DNA of 64,000 nucleotides from Octopus vulgaris (lineage: Eukaryota). Within the stretch, counting starts at the first letter, position 1. Each line of letters begins with the position of its first letter. The stretch lies in the NCBI GenBank assembly GCA_951406725.2, contig OX597827.1, forward strand, positions 30,814,001 to 30,878,000, read 5' to 3'. The notes under the pieces are model-generated. The model saw only the letters and a program-made list of their open reading frames with translations. It had not been told where the DNA came from and did no database searches. Made by a program: the position numbers and the translations under genes. Positions 41,910 through 53,443 of this stretch are shown here, piece by piece.

Positions 41910-43987
41910 GGACACTTTGTAACAACTATGGATTTAACAGAGCAAAAACTTGGTACGGCCACAAATCTGAACGCATCATCGAAAATAGAAATGCAAAGAT
42001 CCTATGGTATTTTATGATTCGGTGTGAGATGGAGAGTAGGAAGCGGGACATAGTCTGAATTGAGAAAGAAAACAAACTATGCTGGATCATAGATATAGCA
42101 TGACCAGCTGACAACAAGGTATGCGATAAGGAAGAAAGAAAAGTCGATACATATGAAAGGTTAGCTTGAGAGGTTAAGTAGTTGTGGCCAATGAAAAAGG
42201 TAGCAGTAGTACCAATAATTGTCAGAGCCTTGGGAACAGTGAGCAAAAATCTCGAGAAGTACGTGGAACAAATAGGGGCTTCAATAAGAATGGAGCACTT
42301 GCAGAAAACAGCACTGCTTGGAACCACTTAAATACTCCGGAAAGTGCTTGAAAAATAAGGGGTGTTACCTTAGTTCACTAGTAGTGAACAGCTGATACTG
42401 TAGTACATCTCCAGCATTAGAAGCTGTGCAAAGGCAATAACAATAATAATAATAATCCTTTCTTCTAAAGGCACAAGACCTACAATTCGGTGGGAGTGGA
42501 CTAGTTGATCACATTGACCCAAGTGTTTCACTTGTACTTAATTTACCAACCCCGAAAGGATGAAAGGCAAAGTTGATCCTGGTGGAATTTGAACTCAGAA
42601 TGTAATGATAGGCAAAATACCACTAAGTACTTTGTCCAGTGTGCTAACAATTCTGCCAGCTCGCCATCTTATTATTATTACTATTAATAATAATAATGAT
42701 GATGATGATGATGACGACGATGAAGGAGGAGGAGGAGCAGAAGAAGAAGGCAACGACGACAACACAGCATTAGAGCAGAAGAAAACAACATAGCATGGTG
42801 TGTAAAAAATGCCACAGGACTGCTATTATTAGAAGTAAGAAGGTTAGACTTGTGTAGGATGAAAGATAAAGCACTGTACAAGAAACTGAAAATAGGTGGA
42901 TAAAGAAAAGAATGCATGGTCAATTTCATAGTGATGTTGAAGATAAGACAGACAGAAAAAAAAGATGGCTGTAGATGACTAAGAGTGATTTAAAACCAGA
43001 AATGGAGACTCTAATCTGTGCTGCCCAAGAGCAAGCACTAAGAACAAACTATATAAAATACAGAATAGACAACACATCAGAAAGTGATAAGTGCAGAATC
43101 TGTGGACAAAATGGTGAAACTGTATGGCATATTACTAACCAATGTACACCACTAGTCAAGAAGGAATATAAGAGATGCCATGAGAATATAGCCAGGCTTG
43201 TCCATTGGACACTTTGCAACAAATATGGACTTGACAGAGCAAAAAATTGGTACGACCACACACTCAAAGGCATCACCGAAAATAAAAACGCAAAGATCCT
43301 ATGGGATTTTATGATTCAGTGTGACCATGAGATAGAGGATAGGAAACCAGTGAGTAAAAATCTTGAGAAGTACGTGGAACAAATAGGGGCTGCAATAAGG
43401 GTGGAGCACTTGCAGAAAACAGCACTGCTTGGAACTGCTTGAATACTCCAGAAGGTCCTTGAAAAATAAGAGGTGTTACCTTAGTTCACTGGTAGTGAAC
43501 AACTGACACCGTAGTACATCTCCAGCGTTAGAAGCTGTGCAAAGGCAATAATAATAATAATAATTCAGTGCAACCATGAGACAGAGAATAGGAAACCAGA
43601 CATAGTCTTAATTGAGAAAGAAAACAAACTATGCTGGATCATAGTTATAGCAGACCCAGCTGACAACAAGGTATGTGATAAGGAAGAAAGAAAAGTCAAG
43701 AGATGTGACAGGTTAGCTTGGGAAGTTAAGCAGTTGTGGTTGATGAAAAAGGCAGCAGTAGTACCAATAATCGTCAGAGCCTTGGGAACAGTGAGCAAAA
43801 ATCTTGTAAATGGAACAATTAGGGGCTGCAATAAGGGTGCAGCACTTGCAGAAAACAACACTGCTTGGAACCGCTTGAATATTCCGGAAAGTGCTTGAAA
43901 AATAAGGGGTGTTACCTTAGTTCACTGGTAGTGAACAGCTGATACCGTAGTACATCTCCAGCATTAGAAGCTGTGCAAAGGCAATAA
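41910..43987 (+). mobile_element. Three tandem 3' fragments of an R4/Dong-type (RLE endonuclease) LINE: about 41910-42455, 42775-43565, 43566-43987
   Basis: AAQEQALRT, CRIC..ETVWHI..C, ILWDF, RKPDIV, LQKTALLGTA; shared 3' UTR ending GGCAAT(AAT)n. Confidence 0.85.
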
Positions 43988-44380
43988 GATATCATTATAT
44001 TATTCAACAGAGATGAACTGGCAGAACTTTACAGCATCAGAAGTAATGCCTTTTGGAATTTATTCCAGCTGTTAACATTGAGTTCAAATCCCACAAAGGT
44101 CAGCTTTGCTCTTCATCTTTTTAGGGTCAAACAGCCATAAAATGCCAGTAGTTTACCCCTAGTAACAGTATACTGTTGAGAGTTAAGTATTTTGGCTATA
44201 TGCACAGTGCAGGGGCCAAGCAATGCCAGGATATGAAAACTTGAGTCTTAAGCAAGTAAATCTACTCTCACTGCTTACCTATTTGGCGAGCAGCAACTCC
44301 CAACAAAACCACATAAAGTACCAAAAAAAAAAGGTAAATAAATGACTAAACAACAGCAATAAATAACTTTAAAGGATTAC

Positions 44381-44499
44381 CTTTTTCTTCTTTTTTTTTA
44401 CAACATCTAAACTTCCACTACCAGCATCATCATCATCATCATCATCATCATCACCATTGTTATCATCACTTTCACCATTCTCATCTCCATCACCTTTTT
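44381..44499 (-). CDS. NCAPH: NCAPH exon, acidic linker with poly-Asp and basic KKKKKK
   Basis: Phase 1 acceptor matches the previous donor; gtaatc donor in phase 0; acidic then basic linker as expected at this position of CAP-H. The acceptor could be 6 nt further in. Confidence 0.8.
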
Positions 44500-44711
44500 C
44501 TTTATTGTTTGCAGAAAGAGAAATATAAATAAATAAATCAGTTTTGGTGGTACTACCATCACTGCCACCAACAGCACCAACAACATATGTAATTACTGAC
44601 ACACTGACAGACAGGGAATTAGATTGAAGATTGATTACTAGAAAGACAGACAGAAAGATAATGAAAGTTGGACATTAGAATGACGATGATGATGATGCAA
44701 ACTGCTCTTAC

Positions 44712-44826
44712 TTTTCTTCTTATTGCCACAACTTAAAGTACTGAGGACTTTGTATGTCTCAGAGTGTATAGCATCAACCCGACTAGCATAGATTTTGGCA
44801 CTGGCATCTAGTGTGGTACCGGCAAC
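44712..44826 (-). CDS. NCAPH: NCAPH exon: VAGTTLDASAKIYASRVDAIHSETYKVLSTLSCGNKKK
   Basis: tttattccag acceptor, gtaag donor; kleisin N-terminal motif TLDASxKIYAxRVD. Confidence 0.95.
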
Positions 44827-44949
44827 CTGGAATAAACAAAAACAAAATATTCCAACATCAGATTAAAAGAGAGGACACATATACACACTTGCTCCGTGTA
44901 ATGGTGCAATGAAATTAGTTGATTGACTTTCGGTAAATAGATATGTCTA

Positions 44950-45850
44950 TATATATATATATGTATATATACATGTAGAGGTAGGTACGTACATATATGT
45001 ATGTATATATGCATGTTTTATTTATTTATTTAATTATATATTTATATATGACGGAACGCACGCATCCATTTCGAAGTAAGATTGTTTTTAATATTAATAA
45101 TGATGCACACTCTTAACCTTTCTCTCCCCATCCCTTTCTCAGCCTTCATTCTTTTGGCTTTCCTTTTCTTCTACCTTACTGTCTCTCCCTCTCTCTCTCA
45201 TTCTTCATTCTTTTCTCTACAACCATCCCTTTTCTCTCCCTTTCTCTTACTCCTACTCCCCCGTCCCGTTGCGGTCACGTGATGAGGTGCCTATTTCTGT
45301 CTTTCTTCTCCGGCTTCCTCCAAGTAGAGACGGTAAATCTGTTGCTCTGCCGTTCTCAAAGAATAGCGTTCGTAAAAAATTTTTATCTTGTTTGGCTTAA
45401 CAGCCCTTCTTGTTTGTGTTACTGTTATTCTCTGTGTCCTGTCTTTTACTGTTTATATTTTGTACTGTCGTTACTGTCCTGTTTTTGTTACCATTTTTAC
45501 CCCTCCGCAAAAAAATCTCAAATTTTATTTAATTTGATTTTCGCGGGAAGGAAAATTTCATTGAAGTCATGTATCGCCTTGACCTTCGAAACATAGAGTA
45601 GATGAAATTAAGGCAACTGAAGACGGGGAATTTTCCTTGTTTTGTATGTCCTGTACTCTATTTTTTCGTTGTTTAAAAAAAATATCCATTTCCTTGGTTT
45701 TGTGTTTATGTTTTCGTTTCTCATTGTGTTCAACATTTTTTTGGTGTCCTGTACCCATATATGCATGTAGAGGTAGGTACGTACATATATGTATGTATAT
45801 ATGCATATGTTTTATTTATTTATTTAATTATATATTTATATATATATATA
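44950..45850 (+). mobile_element. Second member of the same non-coding repeat family with about 80-bp direct terminal repeats
   Basis: ATGTAGAGGTAGGTACGTACATATATG... at both ends; body similar to the 22.1-22.9 kb copy. Confidence 0.6.
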
Positions 45851-46037
45851 TATATATACTAGCAGTATCGCCCGGCGTTGCTCGGGTTGTAAGGGAAATA
45901 AATATATAAGCATTTTTAGAGAGTTATAGCCAAAAAATAGCAAAAAAATGCATTAAAAATTGAAAAAAAAATAAGGTAAATTTTTTTTAAATCGTTGACA
46001 CATCGTAGATATTTTTAGAGAGTTACTTCCCTTATAT

Positions 46038-48386
46038 CAGTGATTCCCAAGGTGGGGCCTGAGAAAATTCAGGTGGGGCGCAGGGCATAGACGTGGGCTG
46101 TGAAAATATTTGTACATGACGAGCGGTCATCGCGGGCACAACCTTAGATTCCGTCTTTCCTTTGAAGCCTCCACATCGGAAACTCTCGCACCCCAGCGAG
46201 ACAAAGAAGATCCCGCATTGAGCAATAAACTTACTATTCAGATAAGCCAATCAATTGCCTCAATTAGTTTGCCTCAATTAGTCTTTTTGTTAGCCCTATT
46301 GAAAATGAGCAAACCAAACAAGAAGAAGACTCGTCAATACGCGGTGGAGTTTTTGAAGTTTGGATTCATTCCTGATGAGCATGATGAGCGTAAACCGTTT
46401 TGCTTATTATGTAATCAGACGATGAGCAATGAGTCAATGAAGGCAGGTAGGCTGGAAGCGCACTTAAAGGTAAGACATCCTAATAATTCTAATTTAGATT
46501 TGGAATACTTCAAATCATTGAAAGAAAAATTTAAAAACCGAACAAAACTCACTTCACTATTTCATGCAAAACAAGCGCCTCATACTCGTGCCCTTGAAGC
46601 CAGCTACGAAATCTCCTTGCTTATAGCAAAACATGGAAAGAATCACACTATTGGAGAGCAACTGATTAAACCTGCTATCTCAATATTCTTAAAAACTGTA
46701 TTACAAAAAGATGATGGAGATATCAGGACTATGCCACTCAGTAATAACACTGTCTCGAACAGAATAGATGAAATGGGGCAAGATGTTGAAAGCCAGCTCA
46801 TTGAGAAATTAAAATTGCGTAAGTTTTCATTACAAATGGACGAATCCACAATCCGGGACAGTGAGGCTCTGTTATTGACTTATGTGAGGTATATTGACCA
46901 CGAGGAGTTTCAGGAAGAGATGCTGTTCTGCGAATCGTTTGAAACCACCACAACTGCAAATGATATTTACATCAAAATCAAACATTATTTGGATGCAAAC
47001 AAAATACCAAAGGAAAACTTACTGGCATGTGCGGCAGACGGTGCACCTGCCATGATGGGCAAGAATACGGGATGCTTAAAAATGATGAAGGATGAAAATC
47101 CAAACATGTTGACTGTCCATTGTGTAATACACCGAGAAAACTTGGTTGCCAAGAAATTGTCCCCTGTTCTTAACAAGATTCTTCAAAGTGTGATCAAGTG
47201 TGTCAACAGCATTAAAAGAAATTCTAAATCTGAACGTCTTTTTAAGCAGTTTTGTATAAATCAAAGTGCCGAACATGTTCGATTATTGCTTCATACAGAA
47301 GTAAGATGGCTATCAAGTGGAAACTGCTTAAAGAGGTTCATGGAATTATTTGATCAGATTAACGACTTTCTTAGTGATAAATGTGAAATGAAATTGCTGT
47401 CAACAACGGATGGAAAAGCATTTGTCAGTTATTTGACAGACATATTTGAGAAACTTGGAAACTTGAATAAACAACTTCAAGGTGCAAACATGACACTTAT
47501 TGATGCAAAAGCAAAGATTTTTGGATTTATTACAGCTCTCGAATTATGGAAAAAGAAATTTTCCAAAAGAAATTTCAGTGAACTTTACTGGTTGAGTAAA
47601 TGTGAAATAACGAATGATGCTGGCATTGTAATTATTGATCATTTAAATATCTTGATAAAGGATTTCAATGACAGATTTTGCGATTTAAAGGCAATGAATT
47701 TTCCTTCTTGGTTAACTCAACCGCTTCTGATTAACGTTTCTGATGCTACAATCCAATACCAAGAAGAGTTATCAGAATTACAACATGATGAATCAGTGAA
47801 GACTTTGTTTAAATTGAAAGGTACAAAGATGTGGCTATATGACGAGGTTGAAAGAAAATATCCTAAAATTTCTACATCAGCGAGAGAGCTACTGATTCCT
47901 TTCCCTTCGTCTTATTTGGTCGAATGTGGTTTTAGTGCAGTTGATAATTTGCTCGAAGCCAAGAGAAACCAGCTTGAGATTACAAAACGTGGCGATTTAC
48001 GACTGAAATTAACAAAGTTGTCTCCTCAAATTAAAAACTTGTGCTGTATGCACAGGGTTCTCACTAAATTAGTCGAGCTGACCGTCAAATAATTGAACTG
48101 AAAAAATGTGTTTCTTTATTCTTTATAAATTGACATTTTTTAAAAACATGAGAAATCGTAATAATTTTATCGATTTATTGGGTGTTATGCACTTTCAGTG
48201 CCTGTTGTTTCAATTCTCAAACTATTTTTTTGTATTTTGAATACAATTTTTTAATTTTTGATTTTTTTTCAATTGTAAGTAGGCCCACATGTACTTGTAA
48301 ATGTGAGTGGACATGGGAAAAGGTGGGGCGTAAAAACTTTTGCTATGAAAAAGTGGGGCGCCGGGAAAAAAGGTTGGGAAACACTG
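46038..48386 (+). mobile_element. Full-length hAT DNA transposon (Buster/Charlie type)
   Basis: TIRs CAGTGATTCCCAA / TTGGGAAACACTG; perfect 8-bp TSD CCTTATAT at 46030-46037 and 48387-48394. Confidence 0.95.
46305..48092 (+). CDS. hAT transposase (ZBED8/SCAND3-like), about 595 aa, uninterrupted
   Basis: BED finger CLLC...HLKVRH, catalytic MDEST, ADGA, CVIH, RW, YLVECGFS; the extreme C-terminus may be frameshifted. Confidence 0.9.
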   Translation: MSKPNKKKTRQYAVEFLKFGFIPDEHDERKPFCLLCNQTMSNESMKAGRLEAHLKVRHPNNSNLDLEYFKSLKEKFKNRTKLTSLFHAKQAPHTRALEASYEISLLIAKHGKNHTIGEQLIKPAISIFLKTVLQKDDGDIRTMPLSNNTVSNRIDEMGQDVESQLIEKLKLRKFSLQMDESTIRDSEALLLTYVRYIDHEEFQEEMLFCESFETTTTANDIYIKIKHYLDANKIPKENLLACAADGAPAMMGKNTGCLKMMKDENPNMLTVHCVIHRENLVAKKLSPVLNKILQSVIKCVNSIKRNSKSERLFKQFCINQSAEHVRLLLHTEVRWLSSGNCLKRFMELFDQINDFLSDKCEMKLLSTTDGKAFVSYLTDIFEKLGNLNKQLQGANMTLIDAKAKIFGFITALELWKKKFSKRNFSELYWLSKCEITNDAGIVIIDHLNILIKDFNDRFCDLKAMNFPSWLTQPLLINVSDATIQYQEELSELQHDESVKTLFKLKGTKMWLYDEVERKYPKISTSARELLIPFPSSYLVECGFSAVDNLLEAKRNQLEITKRGDLRLKLTKLSPQIKNLCCMHRVLTKLVELTVK

Positions 48387-48619
48387 CCTTATATAAAAGC
48401 GAAAAAAATGCATTAAAATGGAAAAATATGATGGTAAATTTTTTTTTAAATCGTAGACTCATCGTAGACGCACGCTAATACCCAGAAGGGCTCGATATGA
48501 ATCACGACTATAAGATACCCGCTTTTGGTTAAACTGCACCGCAAAATGTGGGAGTAGTTAGGAATCTAAATCGTAGGAGACAGACACACAACTTCACTCT
48601 TATATAAAGATGCTTTTTT

Positions 48620-49735
48620 TTTTTCAGTCATAGAGTTAGATTTATGAAGGTCTTCAGTAGAAAATCCTTCGAATTCTGACATTTTTTGTCAGAATTACAA
48701 ATTTTGAAAACACAATAGGAACAAATTTCGGAAAAAAATCTCCCATAATTCACGGAATTAAAATTACACTTCGATTTTTGTACAAAACTGTAGTTGAAGT
48801 GTTTACAAAGTATAATACGTGTTTTCACGAATGTACTAAAGAGATTTGCTCTGATATTCTCATTTAAATATGAATAGGTAAATTCGGGCGGCTTGGTAAC
48901 TATATATAAGTGTCATCTGTTTATACATAAACACTGTTTCATACTGCAATTATATATACATATATCTATATATAATATTATATAATAAAATATATACAGA
49001 GTAAAATAAAAACCAATTTACCTTTTCTGTCCGTCCGTGTGTCTTTGCAAATGTGTTGGAATGATAAGTGAGTTGAGTTTTGGCGCCTTTTTTACTAATA
49101 ACAAACACACACGTGTTTGTATGTAGTTGTATGTGTATGTAGTTGTATGTGTATGCGTGTGTGTGAGGAATGACACACACACACTCACGCACGCACACAT
49201 GTACATCAATGCTTTCGGAGTGATATGTTAAAATATTGAGTTTTCTCGAATTTTGTCTTAATTGGTGGTAAAATTGAAAGAAATTTTTTATGGCATCACC
49301 CACTGAAGTACTCTGAAAAATCTTAGGTAAATTCTAATTGAAGAAATTGTGTGAGGATTAAATGGTTATGTATTTATTTGTTTCTGTTTGCTGTGTTTTT
49401 TTATTTTTTGAGTAGTGGTTTAAATACTTTCAGTTTAGTCTTCCTCAAATCACTCTGTCGCTATTTACTTTCATTTTATTCGTTGCCCACTGTGTGCGTG
49501 CGTTTGCGTGTGGTGTAAACCAGACTAAGAAAAGCATTTGACACACACACCAGAATGTGAGTTTTCTGTAAATTTTGCTTAATTGGAGTTTAAATTTTTA
49601 AAACTGGACCTGGCATGACGCGATGCATTGTACTCTCAAAAATGCTAGGTAAATTGTAATTGAAGAAATCCTATATTGTAGATTTTTATAACTCCCAAAG
49701 GGAGGCAGATAAAATCTGCCTTTTATAATAAGAGA
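48620..49735 (-). mobile_element. Probable 3'-truncated non-autonomous Helitron
   Basis: Minus strand starts A/TCTCTTATTATAAAAGGCAGATTTTATCTGCC; CpG-retaining repeat-like body; no CTAG end found. Confidence 0.45.
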
Positions 49736-49772
49736 TATATACCTGATTTTGTAGAAGAAGAAAAAGAAGAAG

Positions 49773-49921
49773 GCACAGGAGTGGCTGTGTGGTAAGTAGC
49801 TTGCTTACCAACTACATGGTTCCAGGTTCAGTCCCACAGCGTGGCACCTTGGGCATGTGTCTTCTACTATAGCCTCGGGCCAACCAAAGCCTTGGTAGAT
49901 GGAAACTGAAAGAGGCCTGTC

Positions 49922-49964
<43 letters not shown>

Positions 49965-50190
49965 TATTTATGAGTGTTTGTGTGTCTGTGTTTGTCCCCA
50001 CCCAACATCACTTGACAACAAATGCTGGTGTGTTTACGTCCCCGTAACTTAGCAGTTCGGCAAAAGAGACCAATAGAATAAGCACTAGGCTTACATAGAA
50101 TAAGTCCTGGGATCGATTTGTTCGACTAAAAGCAGTGCTCCAGCCTGGCTGCAGTCAAAATGACTGAAACAAGTAAAAGAATAAAAGAAT
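49773..50190 (+). mobile_element. tRNA-derived SINE family A, near full length
   Basis: A box TGGCTGTGTGG, B box GGTTCAGTCCC, 3' end GACTGAAACAAGTAAAAGAAT. Confidence 0.85.
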
Positions 50191-50438
50191 ATACATATAT
50201 ATATATATATACATACACACACAGTTAGATGTGTTAGCATTTACTTACAGGGAGAGCAATTACATATCACCTGAGGAGATACTACTGGATCCCATTATAC
50301 AGGTAAGCTGTAGCTTAATTTAAATCCTGTGTATATATGTATTTATGTTGTATTGAAACAGGTGTAGTGTTTATTAAATAGTTGTCTAAATGTACTCCTT
50401 CCTGTTGACTCTACTTATTCCATTTTTATTTTTCACAC

Positions 50439-50493
<55 letters not shown>

Positions 50494-51196
50494 GCGGACT
50501 GAGCCATCAGTTGATCAGGCACTGCCCGAGGAACCCGCACTCCACATTAACTCTACTGATATCAATGCTAAGGGGCCTGGTAAACAGTTATGCCCGAGGG
50601 CCCTTAATACTCTCAGTCTATCCCTGATTATATATATATTTATACACACACACATTTGCACATGTGCACACACACACATGCATGTGTGCACACACACACA
50701 CATGTATGCATATGCACATACACACACACACACACAGAATAATCCGTCGCTGTATCGTAGTTTATTATTTAAACTTACGTTGATTCTTCCGTGGTGTTGT
50801 TTTGCATTTATAATACAATAAATATATACAAATTATAAAAATAATAATAAAAATATACAGTACGGTGCTGTTTCTACTCCGTGGATTTTCACCTATTGCA
50901 GAGGATTTTGGAACATAACCCCTGTGATAGTCAAGAGATTACTATATATACCTGTATGCCCACCCCAAATAAGAAACTTGTAAAAACAAAAATATTTGCT
51001 GATCTTACAGACACACACAAATAGACAAACCAGAAGCTTCAAAATCAAAGCTATTAATTAGTCTCGTAACTACTTCCAATAATGATGTGTTAGAGAGGCT
51101 GGTCAAGTCCCACATCACATTGGTCAAGCCCCAAGTGAGATGTGGGATTTGACCAGCCTCTTGCTTAAAGAAAAAGGAAAAACTTGTATGCCTCAC

Positions 51197-51283
51197 CTGA
51201 AAATCTCCCAGTTTTTTTCCTTTGAGAAGATCAGTCATATAGTCAATGAGATGAAGACCAAATGCATTCTTTGTGGTGATTTT
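51197..51283 (-). CDS. NCAPH: NCAPH exon: KITTKNAFGLHLIDYMTDLLKGKKLGDFQ
   Basis: ttctag acceptor, gtgagg donor, 87 nt; diagnostic CAP-H motif KITTKNAFGLHLID. Confidence 0.95.
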
Positions 51284-51473
51284 CTAGAATTAGAAAATAA
51301 AGTAATAATTAACACATTGTGTTTATTATATTATAAAAACTCCAGAAGTATGATTTATAAGTCAGTTCTGACAGGATTTGAAGCAAAAGTGGAGAGAGAA
51401 AGAAAGAGGAGGGAAGAGTAAGAGAGAGAGAGAGAGAGAGTATGTGTGTTAAATGACTTATGCAACTACTCAA

Positions 51474-52717
51474 CAGGGTCTTGCAGATAAACCGAGACCA
51501 ATTTTAAGCAGTTGACTTAGTAGGTTTAACATTTCATTTTTTGACAGAACTTTGCTTGCTTGAAAATTTAATCCTCTTCTTTATTTGTCAGGTAAATAGC
51601 GAAACTGATTTGGCAACAGGAAGTCATGGAACAACAGGATCATCATTATTGTTTTGGCACGTGCTGAGCATACTGCCAATAAAATTGTTAAGTTGACAAA
51701 ACTTCCAAAAGCAACAGTTTATCGTGTGTATAAACAGTTTAAAGAAGAGGGGAAGATTGATAGAAAAGAACACAAGACTTGAAATGACTCCAAGCACAAT
51801 CCAAAGTTTCTTGTTGGCCTCAAACACTCAGTTGAAGCCAACCCATCCATGACAGCTCTTGCAAAAAATGCAATGTGTCAAGTTCCACAGTGTCCAGAGC
51901 AGTGGACAGGAACTTTGGCATGACCAGCTATCACCTCCTAACAGCCAAAGCCAAAGCAATCAGAGCTGAGAGATACCCAAAGCTTCTGTCGTTCATCAAG
52001 CATCAAGATGCAGGAAAAACTTGTGTTTGTAGACAAGAAGTTCACTGAGGTGAATCACAGGAATTCTCAAGTGATTGCATACGACCCTTCTGACGACCCA
52101 TCTGTGTTTGAGTCTAAGAATCCTGCTTCTGTGATGGTATATGGAGCTGTGGCCAGTGATGGAAGTATCAGGGATTCACACTTCATTGAGTCTGGTTTGA
52201 AGATCGGCACAAAGGAGCATCTGGACATCCTGAAGAACTCTCTGTTACGTTGGATGGAGCAGAAGTTTGGGCTTGACAATGTGGTGTTTATCTAGGATCC
52301 TGCACCATGCCATGGATCAAAAGCAACACAGGCCTTCTTTGGTAAGAAGGTGCTATTTTTTGTAAGGGCCAACATCTGGCCTAGTAATAGCCCAGATCTC
52401 ATCCTTCTCAATTACTTTTTATGGGGCATACTTCAAGCAAAGACCAATACTTCACCACACTTGAGTATCAACATTTTGAAGACGGCATCGTGTGTGCAAC
52501 ATGCAAAATCAAAAATGTGGAGGTCATGGCAGCTGCAAAAAAATTTCTGTCTTGTGTGGAGGCAGTAATTGTCCAAAACGGCAGCCATACTGAGTGATAA
52601 ATGTTTTATTATAATAAATGTCACATTAAAATTATATCTGTCTAGTTCCATTATTTTAGTATTTATAACCAGTTTTATGCATTGTAAAAATTGTCTCAAT
52701 TTATCTGCAAGACCCTG
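51474..52717 (+). mobile_element. Tc1/mariner relic (maT/DD37D-like)
   Basis: TIRs CAGGGTCTTGCAGATAAA at both ends, TA on the right; SVMVYGAV, DPAPCH and WPSNSPDL..NYFLWG motifs, broken. Confidence 0.88.
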
Positions 52718-53016
52718 TATTGCAAGCATTCTAGTTACAACCTATAATCTCAGAACAAGTTGCTCTCCAAAGGGACTAAAAAGATTTGATTATGAATAAG
52801 AAATTAGAAGTACTGGAAAAGAGAGTTGAGATAAATGTTTGACCCTTTTGTTACGATATTTCTGTTGAAATATACTGGCTTTGTTTCAGTTAGTTTTAAA
52901 AATAACAAAGAATTTAATAAAATAACTTTGTCATTATTAAACTGTTGTTTCGAGCATAAATTAACAATGGAACATAGATTAACATGAAAGACTTGATGGA
53001 AGATATTGATTTAGAC

Positions 53017-53348
53017 CAGCGGTTCTATGAACCCCTTTGATTACTATTATCCTCTGGTGGAACCCTATAGTCAATCAGAACCTATTTTCATAGATACTCC
53101 TTTCAGAATTCCTGTTTTGGTTTTCACACATTCACTTACGTAAATTTGCAGCAACACTCACTAAGAGAACATGTTTCAGTCACCCGGAACATATTAAACT
53201 TAGCTGTTTCTCGCAATAAACACATCTGAAGGAAAATTTTTTCATAAACACTTGAAAAACTATTTTGCTCGTGTAGACACCCGCAAATCTTATATAGAGC
53301 CCCCACCCCCACCCCCCGGGTCACATGGACCCTGGTTGAGAATCACTG
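53017..53348. mobile_element. hAT-type MITE nested in a piggyBac-like MITE (52843-53423)
   Basis: CAGCGGTTCT / AGAATCACTG ends, TSD ATTTAGAC/ATTTAGAT; host ends CCCTTTTG..GG/TTAA; related MITE at 21571-21803. Confidence 0.65.
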
Positions 53349-53443
53349 ATTTAGATCGTTTTAAAGCAAGAAGCTTTTATCATAGAACCAGGAACAATCT
53401 CAGGCAGGTTGGTATGAAAATGGTTAATGTAGTTAATACTCAC

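Larger units (their letters stand above)
45859..48610 (-). mobile_element. Non-autonomous Helitron interrupted by the hAT
   Basis: Minus strand A/TC start, CCCGAGCAACGCCGGG hairpin, CTAG/T end; sister copy at 63447-63958. Confidence 0.85.

Noticed and set aside
46110-46304. 65-aa N-terminal extension of the hAT ORF
   Set aside because: Starts at a non-ATG codon in the subterminal region; homology-like sequence begins at ATG 46305
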